Positions 27,007-33,916 of a stretch of 64,000 nt of DNA are shown here, piece after piece. The notes beneath the pieces were generated by a model that was not told where the DNA came from, did not search any database, and saw only the letters and a list, made by a program, of their open reading frames with translations. Numbering within the stretch: the stretch's first letter is position 1; the number at the start of each line of letters is the position of its first letter. Source of the DNA: an uncultured Gammaproteobacteria bacterium (GTDB lineage Bacteria > Patescibacteriota > Patescibacteriia > Buchananbacterales > UBA6539); NCBI GenBank assembly GCA_964540635.1, contig CAZINP010000001.1, positions 171,263 through 235,262 of the forward strand, written 5' to 3'. The position numbers were made by a program, and so were the translations under genes.

Positions 27007-27957
27007 TTAATTTTCCAAACTTAGTGCCGGTTGATCATCTTTGTGTCCTTGGTACCAGTCATCAACTGCTTGATTAATTTTCTGAAAATGTTCTTGCCAT
27101 TCTTCAATTCTTTCCGGTTTTATTTCACCCCAAAAGCGATCTTTTACGGGCTGGCCGGGATTTTGCCGATATTCAAGGATTATCTTTTTATAGTGGTGGT
27201 GAGTAATAGCTTCGGTGGCTGCCATTGAGAATTCTTCCGGGCTCATATATTCAGCCAAAACCGCGGCCACTTGGGTTTTGGCTCTTTCTTGGCGCTGGGT
27301 TTTTAAGGGACTGTGCGATAGCGCTTCGCCTAAACGATAGGGCAGGTATTGATTATCCAGGTCAATCATTTGATTTTTTAAGCTATAAAGTTCGTCGCTC
27401 AAAGTTCTTTTTTCGTGCGGTTTTTTTGATTTTTTTAAAGCCTCTTCTTTTTGGCTGATTCTTTGTTGCAGTTCAACGATTTGTTTTTTTAAAGCTTCAG
27501 CCTTAAGCCGTTCTTTCTCAAATTCATCTTGGTGAAAATATTGATATTCATTTTCCGGCCGAAAGCGGTTGGACCAAATTGAATCAATTAATTTTCTATA
27601 ATAGTCGACGGCATAGTCGGTATCTCTGCCCGGCAGAAGTCGATTTTCGTCTTCCGGTTTTACGCCTGTTCTGATATCAAAAAGAAGGTGTTGCATTAAT
27701 CTGATTCGGCCGTCTTCATCGGTCATTTCTTTTGCTGCCTGCGCTTCTTCTTCTTTTGGTAAATCGGGTACGGCCATCTGCAGCCCCGTTTTTTCAAAAC
27801 TTTTATCAATTACTCTTTGGCGCATTTCTTTTGGCAAAAGATCAAAACCGGATCGCGTTTCTTCCAGTTGAGATAATTTTTTACGCAGAAGCTGGCGGTT
27901 TTGCTCGGCTGATCTTTCGGATTGTTCGGAATATGGGTTTGGTCTTTCGGCAGACAT
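27007..27957 (-). CDS. Hypothetical charged/coiled-coil-rich protein
   Basis: 316 aa, rich in E/K/R/Q heptad-like stretches, no motif recognised. Confidence 0.45.
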   Translation of the reverse strand: MSAERPNPYSEQSERSAEQNRQLLRKKLSQLEETRSGFDLLPKEMRQRVIDKSFEKTGLQMAVPDLPKEEEAQAAKEMTDEDGRIRLMQHLLFDIRTGVKPEDENRLLPGRDTDYAVDYYRKLIDSIWSNRFRPENEYQYFHQDEFEKERLKAEALKKQIVELQQRISQKEEALKKSKKPHEKRTLSDELYSLKNQMIDLDNQYLPYRLGEALSHSPLKTQRQERAKTQVAAVLAEYMSPEEFSMAATEAITHHHYKKIILEYRQNPGQPVKDRFWGEIKPERIEEWQEHFQKINQAVDDWYQGHKDDQPALSLEN

Positions 27958-27969
27958 AATTATGAAAAA

Positions 27970-28392
27970 TTATTTTTTTAATTTAGCGGCTTTTAAAAAA
28001 AGTAACCCGGAGATAAACCATAAAATAACAAAGAAAAGGTTAAAGGCCAGCACCATAAAAAAGCCGATATTTACCGGCGGATGCCAAATGGCCGCGGCAA
28101 TAAAGGGCGCTGATATTTGCGCCAAAGCGGCGATAAACAAACAATCAGCCATTATTTTTGATTTTAAGCGAGAAAAAACCGCACTTAAATAAACAAAGAT
28201 TATAATGCCGAAAAACATCAGATTGGCCGGGTGGTTTTCATTGCCGATAATGCCGACGGCTAAATTTACCCAAGCCATTAAAAGTGAATTTAAAACAAAA
28301 ACGCCGATGGCGATTTTGGGTAAGTGATTATTTATTATCATTTTGATGAAATATTTTATTAAGACAAAACTTAATTTCATTATATCAAACAT
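27970..28392 (-). CDS. Small polytopic membrane protein (about 4 TM)
   Basis: 140 aa, four hydrophobic segments. Confidence 0.5.
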   Translation of the reverse strand: MFDIMKLSFVLIKYFIKMIINNHLPKIAIGVFVLNSLLMAWVNLAVGIIGNENHPANLMFFGIIIFVYLSAVFSRLKSKIMADCLFIAALAQISAPFIAAAIWHPPVNIGFFMVLAFNLFFVILWFISGLLFLKAAKLKK

Positions 28393-28397
28393 GGGTA

Positions 28398-28438
28398 CAA
28401 ATAAAAAACCCTCGGTAAAACCGATAGTTTTTTATTTA
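28398..28438. repeat. Direct repeat A (41 nt): AAATAAAAAACCCTCGGTAAAACCGATAGTTTTTTATTTAG, terminator-like hairpin
   Basis: Matches 31510-31550 with one mismatch (T/G). It sits between divergently oriented genes, where a terminator is not expected. Confidence 0.7.
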
Positions 28439-28515
28439 GAGTTTGTCGTAAAAAATGGGAAACCAAAAAATCCAAATAAGTATTTATAAATTTTAAAATT
28501 TTTTGGTCATTTAAA

Positions 28516-29448
28516 ATGAATGAATATTTTAAAATATATTTAACTGTGATAAAATATAAGAATATGAAAATAAAAAATCAGCTCCCAATAACCATTTTTA
28601 TCGCCGTAATATTATTCAGTTTTATATTATTAGCCAATCCGGCCCAAGCCGCCGTGTTATATGACAAAGGCACTCTTTTAAAGGGCGAGTTTGCCGAAGT
28701 TTTTTTGGTATCCCAGGATAATATATTGCATTGGATACCAAACGAAGAAACCTTCAATGCGCTTGGTTATTCGTGGTCATCAATAATTGTTGTAAAAAAT
28801 GAAGTGCTTTGGCAATATAGTTTTGGTGAAGCGCTGGGTTCGGTTGATGTGAATTTGGATCCGGAAAAATCAGCTGAATCCGGTTTTGAAACGCCTGCAG
28901 AAATTGAAATAAAAGTAAAAGAATATTTTATTGATATTCCAATAATGATTGATATTGCCAAGTGCGAATCGGGATTTCGTCAGTTTAACGATAATGGCAC
29001 CGTCCTAAAAGGCAGTGGGCTATATGTCGGGGTTTATCAAATTGATGAAAAAATCCACAAGGACTACGCCAAGGAGTTGGGTATGGATATTTTTTCAGTT
29101 GAAGGCAATTTAGCTTATGCTAGACATCTTTACAATAACCTTGGCCCACAACCTTGGCCGGCTTGCTCCAAAAAATCCGTTGCGTCTAATACGCTAATCA
29201 CAAGTGATCTTGCTTTTGGGGACACAAGCGATGAAGTGAAAGTGCTTCAGCAGTTACTTAATCAAAAGGGATTTATTATTAGCGAATCGGGTCCCGGTTC
29301 TTTGGGCAATGAAACTCAATACTTTGGCGCCTTAACCCGCCTGGCTGTCCAAAAATTTCAATGCAGTAAAAATATTGTTTGCCAAGGCGACGAAGCAACT
29401 ACCGGCTATGGTTTGGTTGGTTCAAAAACCCGAGCCGCCCTGCAGTAA
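28516..29448 (+). CDS. Secreted peptidoglycan hydrolase-like protein: Rpf/transglycosylase-like domain + C-terminal PG_binding_1 domain
   Basis: IAKCESGFRQF (transglycosylase-like CESG motif). C-terminal GDTSDEVKVLQQLLNQKGF...TRLAVQKFQ (peptidoglycan-binding). Probable true start at MKIKNQLPITIF (28564) with a signal peptide. Confidence 0.6.
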   Translation: MNEYFKIYLTVIKYKNMKIKNQLPITIFIAVILFSFILLANPAQAAVLYDKGTLLKGEFAEVFLVSQDNILHWIPNEETFNALGYSWSSIIVVKNEVLWQYSFGEALGSVDVNLDPEKSAESGFETPAEIEIKVKEYFIDIPIMIDIAKCESGFRQFNDNGTVLKGSGLYVGVYQIDEKIHKDYAKELGMDIFSVEGNLAYARHLYNNLGPQPWPACSKKSVASNTLITSDLAFGDTSDEVKVLQQLLNQKGFIISESGPGSLGNETQYFGALTRLAVQKFQCSKNIVCQGDEATTGYGLVGSKTRAALQ

Positions 29449-29488
29449 AATAAGAATTTATCTTAAATATACTAATAAATAAAAAATC

Positions 29489-29510
29489 CTCAGCTTGCTG
29501 AGAATTTTTT
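29489..29510. terminator. Bidirectional terminator shared by convergent genes
   Basis: CTCAGC-tt-GCTGAG flanked by an A-run and a T-run. The downstream TTTTTTATTTAGAG string is shared with repeat A. Confidence 0.5.
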
Positions 29511-29572
29511 ATTTAGAGCTTGCCCTAATGAGTGGCAAACTCAGATGTATAATAACAAATAATCCAAATAAA

Positions 29573-30922
29573 TCAAGTGTTTTTACGCTTATCTAATTTT
29601 CTTTGGATCTGTCTTTTTATATATTTTATCATTCTGTATCGAGAAATTTTATTTTTAGTTTGATTAGAAATTTGCGATATCTGTTTTAAGTAACTGATCA
29701 TATTATTATGTCCCAAGTCAGTAAATTTTGAATAGATTTTTCTTCTCGATACATAAGTTGATTTATCCACTGCCCTAAATACCTTTGACGAAATCATCTT
29801 ATTGAGCCTTCTTTTATACCTTGCCCAAGAAGATGGCCTTATATCTATTCTTTCACCATCAAAAATTAAACCAAGGTATTGCATATTAGATTTATTTAAA
29901 TTTATGTCATAGCAAACTAATTTTCCAGAGCTAAATCTAAACATTTTCTTATCTGTCTTTGATTGCTGCACTTCCAGATGTTGATTCTTTATTTGATTTT
30001 CTATTATTAAATTAACTTCATTTATTTTTTCAGCTTGCAAAGCTTCTACACTCGGTATTGCAATTAAAATATCATCACTGTATCTCCTGTATATACCTTG
30101 ATGAGATGCAGCATAATTCTTTAAACAAATATCAAAGTCTAACATGTAAAAATTTGAAATAACCGAGCTAATAGGTGATCCCTGAGGAATTCCTTTTCTT
30201 TTGTTGCTTTTAATTACTCCTTGATCTCTAACTTTATTCCTAAATTCGTTTGGATTACATAACCTTCCTTTGCTATTCTTGAATAATTTTTTTATTTGAT
30301 CATACTCAACATAAGAATATTTAGTAATGGATCGATATATTTTATAGTGATCGGGGGGCAATATATCTTCAGGATTATAAAGTAATTTTTTCCATTGATT
30401 TTTAATTAAGTTATGGTCTAAACTGTCAAAAAATTTTTCAATATCATAACAAATCACGATACAAGGCGAAATTGTTTTTATTAACTGAAAAACTTCGTTG
30501 GCAAAATCTATGTTTGATTTATTTAACTTACGATAAGCAATAATACTATCGTCTATCTTTAATTTATTAGCAAGAATTTCATATCTATAATTTAAATAAA
30601 AATTATACCAAGAATAAATTAATGAATCTTTATGTGATGCGTAATTAATAAGTCTTTCTTTTTTATCAATAATTCGTTGGTCAGTTGATTGTTTCCTTCT
30701 CCTTGTCTGCCTAACTGACCTAATAAATGGATAAAAAGAATGCCTGGCCACTTGACCAGGTTCAAAGATAAATTTTGTGTTTTCATTGTTTAATTCTTTT
30801 GCTCGAAAATCAAAATGTATGTACTTCCTTTTCAATCGTTCATATCCTCCGGTATGTATCTTCTTATTTTCTTGTTTAATCCATTCTTCTCTCAATTTTA
30901 AAATATTTAAACTCATAAACAT
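29573..30922 (-). CDS. Stand-alone reverse transcriptase (retron / defence-associated UG-type-like), not a group II intron RT
   Basis: RT motifs ERLINYASHKDSLIY (RT1), ICYDIEKFFDSLDH (RT2), GIPQGSPISSVISNFYM (RT4), YRRYSDDILIAI (RT5 YxDD), YLGLIFDG (RT7). Basic C-terminal roughly 100-aa tail. No maturase/endonuclease domain. No domain V-like sequence downstream. Confidence 0.8.
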   Translation of the reverse strand: MFMSLNILKLREEWIKQENKKIHTGGYERLKRKYIHFDFRAKELNNENTKFIFEPGQVARHSFYPFIRSVRQTRRRKQSTDQRIIDKKERLINYASHKDSLIYSWYNFYLNYRYEILANKLKIDDSIIAYRKLNKSNIDFANEVFQLIKTISPCIVICYDIEKFFDSLDHNLIKNQWKKLLYNPEDILPPDHYKIYRSITKYSYVEYDQIKKLFKNSKGRLCNPNEFRNKVRDQGVIKSNKRKGIPQGSPISSVISNFYMLDFDICLKNYAASHQGIYRRYSDDILIAIPSVEALQAEKINEVNLIIENQIKNQHLEVQQSKTDKKMFRFSSGKLVCYDINLNKSNMQYLGLIFDGERIDIRPSSWARYKRRLNKMISSKVFRAVDKSTYVSRRKIYSKFTDLGHNNMISYLKQISQISNQTKNKISRYRMIKYIKRQIQRKLDKRKNT

Positions 30923-31325
30923 CCCACACCCTTAACATTTTTGGCTCTGGCACCTTAATAACAATGTTAAGGGATCAAAAATTTTGCGTCTCCATAAGAG
31001 ATCGTCCAGATAAAATCGGAATAAATAAACAATGTTATTATGTTAATGTGTCTTATTCTTCTTGATTCATTATTGGCAGCTGTTTGCAGCGCCAATCTCC
31101 GTTTCAGGTTCAAAGCCTTGTTATCTGTCTCCTTAGAGGAAATAACGTTGACTTTAATTCTTAACATAATATCTTATGGACAATTCCATAAGCACCACAA
31201 GGGCAGTAATACTAAAGTATTACTAGCAAAGCATACCATAATTAAATTGCTAAGTCAAGCTAAAATTTCTAACATTATAACTTAAGTGGACATTTACAAA
31301 ATTTAGCAAAAAGATTGATGCTAAT

Positions 31326-31350
31326 TTTTTTATTTAGCCCCACGGGGAAT
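31326..31350. repeat. Partial direct copy (25 nt) of the tRNA-Glu 3' end plus its downstream flank: TTTTTTATTTAGCCCCACGGGGAAT
   Basis: Identical to 31540-31564, which covers the genuine tRNA-Glu 3' end. Both are in the same orientation. Confidence 0.7.
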
Positions 31351-31509
31351 TCCGCCTCGTCCTCGCTTCCGCTCGGACTTCGTTGCCCTGGGCAGCGCCA
31401 AAGCCTGCGCCAGCTCGGCTTTGTCGACGCTTGGCTTCATTCCTCGTCCCGCTGTGGCGGGACTCGGAACTTGCCTCGCTTCTGCCCGTTCGATTCCCCA
31501 CAGCCGAGA
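31351..31509 (-). ncRNA. GC-rich structured noncoding segment between the two tRNA-Glu 3'-end copies; candidate RT-associated ncRNA
   Basis: No ORF support. Hairpins include GTCCCGC-caca-GCGGGAC and CTGTGG...CCACAG. Carries a GTTCGATTCCCC 12-mer identical to the tRNA-Glu T-loop region, but in inverted orientation. Lies upstream of the RT on the same strand. Confidence 0.35.
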
Positions 31510-31550
31510 TAAATAAAAAACCCTCGGTAAAACCGAGAGTTTTTTATTTA
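31510..31550. repeat. Direct repeat B (41 nt), terminator hairpin directly 3' of tRNA-Glu
   Basis: AAATAAAAAACCCTCGGTAAAACCGAGAGTTTTTTATTTAG. Perfect CTCGGT/ACCGAG stem flanked by A- and T-runs. Confidence 0.7.
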
Positions 31551-31620
31551 GCCCCACGGGGAATCGAACCCCGATTACCACATTGAAAGCGTGGTGTCCT
31601 AGCCGTTAGACGATAGGGCC
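31549..31620 (-). tRNA. tRNA-Glu (anticodon TTC)
   Basis: Minus-strand reading GGCCCTATCGTCTAACGGCTAGGACACCACGCTTTCAATGTGGTAATCGGGGTTCGATTCCCCGTGGGGCTA. D-arm like canonical tRNA-Glu. Anticodon loop CTTTCAA. Acceptor has two G-U pairs. Confidence 0.75.
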
Positions 31621-31747
31621 ATGAAAATAATAATAGGTAGCAAAAGTTTTTTACTACAGAAAAAATATTACCTTATTTTTGCCGTTTTGTCAATATCAAT
31701 CAAAAGACGAATTTCTTTAAAACCCCGGCCTTTGTTATAATTAAACC

Positions 31748-32788
31748 ATGAAAAAGAAATTTATTACATTATTACTTTTGTTGATCCTAAGCGGTTGTTC
31801 GCTGGGGCAAAAACCAAAAGTCAATCAACCGGATTTAACCAAAGAATCGGAGTGTTCCCAGTCAGCTGACTGTGAGCTGCCGGCTGAATTTGCCGTTCAA
31901 TCCAACTGCCCGTATCAGGCTTTTTGTGAAAACAAACAGTGCGTGGTTGCTTGTTTAATTCCTAAGAGCCTGGATGATTATTCTGAAAAATTATCTTGCC
32001 AGAAATCTTTGGACTGTTCTTGTGATAGCTGGGACCAAGAAAAGAAATTTCGCTGCGCCTGTTTAGACGGCAGCTGTGCCTCGGTGGTCAAGGATGGCAA
32101 TCAAGCCGTGATAGATCAAATTGAAATTCCCATTTTGATTTATCATCACATTGATTCTGATTTGCCGCCGGCCAATTCCGGCAGTTATACTTTTTATGTT
32201 TTGCCGACTGAGTTTGAAAAGCAAATGGCGTATCTTAAAGACAACGGTTTTCAAAGCGTTTCTATGTTTGAGTTGGCCCAGGCCTTTGCGGATAAATTTG
32301 TTTTGCCCCCAAAGCCGGTGATAATTACTTTTGACGACGGTTTGCCAAGTCAGTATCAAAACGCTTTGCCGGTTTTGGAAAAGTATAATTTGAGTGCGAC
32401 TTTTTATATTTTTGCCAACCCGATTGGCAAGAGCAAAAATTATTTGGATTGGGATCAGGTCAGGGAGCTTGAGGCAAAAGGCATGGAAATCGGTTCGCAT
32501 GGTTGGTATCATCAATATTTCAGTCGGCAAAATTTAGCGGACTTAAAACGAGAGATTTTTAGCAGTAAGGAAAAAATTGAAACAGAGTTGGGTAAAGAGA
32601 TTTATACTATTTCTTATCCGTTCGGCGACAAGGACGCCACGTCAACACAAATGATAAAATCAGCGGGCTATACTTCGGCGCGCGATATTGTAAACGGCAA
32701 AATCCAAACCAAAGATGATTTGTATAAGCTTAGGGGATATTTTATCACTAATGATTTTGCAAGATTTATTTCAATTCTAAATAATTAA
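31748..32788 (+). CDS. Lipoprotein with polysaccharide deacetylase (NodB/CE4) domain
   Basis: Lipobox LILSGCS. Cys-rich N-terminal region. ITFDDG, YH and GSHGWYH deacetylase motifs. Confidence 0.75.
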   Translation: MKKKFITLLLLLILSGCSLGQKPKVNQPDLTKESECSQSADCELPAEFAVQSNCPYQAFCENKQCVVACLIPKSLDDYSEKLSCQKSLDCSCDSWDQEKKFRCACLDGSCASVVKDGNQAVIDQIEIPILIYHHIDSDLPPANSGSYTFYVLPTEFEKQMAYLKDNGFQSVSMFELAQAFADKFVLPPKPVIITFDDGLPSQYQNALPVLEKYNLSATFYIFANPIGKSKNYLDWDQVRELEAKGMEIGSHGWYHQYFSRQNLADLKREIFSSKEKIETELGKEIYTISYPFGDKDATSTQMIKSAGYTSARDIVNGKIQTKDDLYKLRGYFITNDFARFISILNN

Positions 32789-32828
32789 AAAGATCAGAAA
32801 ACTTCTGATCCAAAACGGCCATTGGCCG

Positions 32829-33056
32829 TTATTTTTTTACGACTACCGCAAGCCTTTTTGTCCTTTCGGAAAAGGAAACAAGGGAAAGCTTTGGCATAAA
32901 ACTTTTTGGCACCGGTTTTCCGGTGAGTTGGTTGTAGGCATCGGCCGCGTAATAAATCAGGCGCTGCGGCACGCTTTTAATTGAGACTTCGCCCAAGTCT
33001 TTAATGCAAACGGTGATTTGGTCACCGATTACAACATCATTTAGTCTGTCTGCCAT
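32829..33056 (-). CDS. Small hypothetical protein (possibly FeoA/SH3-like fold)
   Basis: 75-aa ORF with its own promoter. Weak resemblance to FeoA-like SH3 domains only. Confidence 0.35.
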   Translation of the reverse strand: MADRLNDVVIGDQITVCIKDLGEVSIKSVPQRLIYYAADAYNQLTGKPVPKSFMPKLSLVSFSERTKRLAVVVKK

Positions 33057-33103
33057 CGTCGTAATTTCTCCTCTTGGTTTTGGGTTAAGCCCGGCAACCC
33101 TAG

Positions 33104-33132
33104 ATATTATGATATAATCGTTTTTTTGTCAA
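33104..33132 (-). promoter_or_regulatory. Minus-strand promoter TTGACA-17-TAATAT for the small gene
   Basis: Derived by reverse complement. A GGAG-rich RBS follows. Confidence 0.45.
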
Positions 33133-33170
33133 TATAAAAAATTCGCGCCCTTGGCGCGAATTTTATTATT

Positions 33171-33896
33171 CTATCTGATTATTACTTCAGCAAAATACGG
33201 TTCGGTGATTTTTTTGGCTTGCGCGATTTGATCCGGAGTGGGAGGTGAAATTTTTTCCAATTCATATTCTTTGCCAAGCTCTTTGAATTTATACACCCCG
33301 AAAGTGTGATAGGGCAGAATTTCCATCCTTTTAACATTTCCGTAATCTTTAAAGTGCTGACCAAGTTTTTCCAGAAATTCCGGTTGGTCGGTATAGCCCG
33401 GCACTAAAACATACCTAAGCCAAATCGGCTTATTTATATCTTTAAGATACTGGGCAAAGGCGAGGGGGGCGTCGTTTTTTTGACCGGTAATTTTTTCGTG
33501 CCAAATCGGATCAATATGTTTGATGTCCAGTAAAATCAAATCAACAAATTCAAGCAATTCTTTTACGGCCGGAGTAAGGATTGAACCGTTTGTATCCAGA
33601 GCAATGTTAAATCCTCTTTCTTTTATTTTTTGGCAGATGATTTTTAAATCTTCTGCTTGCATCAAAGGTTCTCCGCCGGAAAAAGTTACGCCGCCTTCAT
33701 TTTTGTAATAAGGTTTTGAGTTTTCAATGAGACGAAGCAATTCTTCGTCAGGGGTTTCTTTGCCACCTTCAAGATTTTGCGTATCAACATTATGGCAGTA
33801 AAGGCAACGATAATTGCAACCCTGTAGAAAAACGACAAATCTGATTCCCGGCCCTTCGTGGGTTCCCAAAGATTCAATTGAATGGATTTTTAACAT
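33171..33896 (-). CDS. pflA: Pyruvate formate-lyase activating enzyme (glycyl-radical activase, radical SAM)
   Basis: GCNYRCLYCHN CxxxCxxC cluster. Adjacent to pflB. Confidence 0.9.
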   Translation of the reverse strand: MLKIHSIESLGTHEGPGIRFVVFLQGCNYRCLYCHNVDTQNLEGGKETPDEELLRLIENSKPYYKNEGGVTFSGGEPLMQAEDLKIICQKIKERGFNIALDTNGSILTPAVKELLEFVDLILLDIKHIDPIWHEKITGQKNDAPLAFAQYLKDINKPIWLRYVLVPGYTDQPEFLEKLGQHFKDYGNVKRMEILPYHTFGVYKFKELGKEYELEKISPPTPDQIAQAKKITEPYFAEVIIR

Positions 33897-33916
33897 GAGA
33901 CTTTTAGTGTTGGGAT

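Noticed and set aside
29573-30922. RT as part of a group II intron
   Set aside because: There is no maturase (X) or endonuclease domain. The sequence 3' of the ORF is a simple bidirectional terminator with no domain V/VI-like structure (no GAGC...GAAA...catalytic hairpin). The 5' side lacks recognisable domain I-III scale structure.
30929-30973. The inverted repeat at the RT start as retron a1/a2 repeats
   Set aside because: The arms are only 27 nt apart, too close to enclose an msr-msd. It is more likely a simple regulatory hairpin. No convincing distant a1/a2 pair was found by eye.
31460-31510. Plus-strand tRNA-like gene using the GTTCGATTCCCC T-loop-like 12-mer
   Set aside because: No complementary T-stem or acceptor stem can be formed around it. 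Interpreted as an inverted fragment derived from tRNA-Glu, not a functional tRNA.
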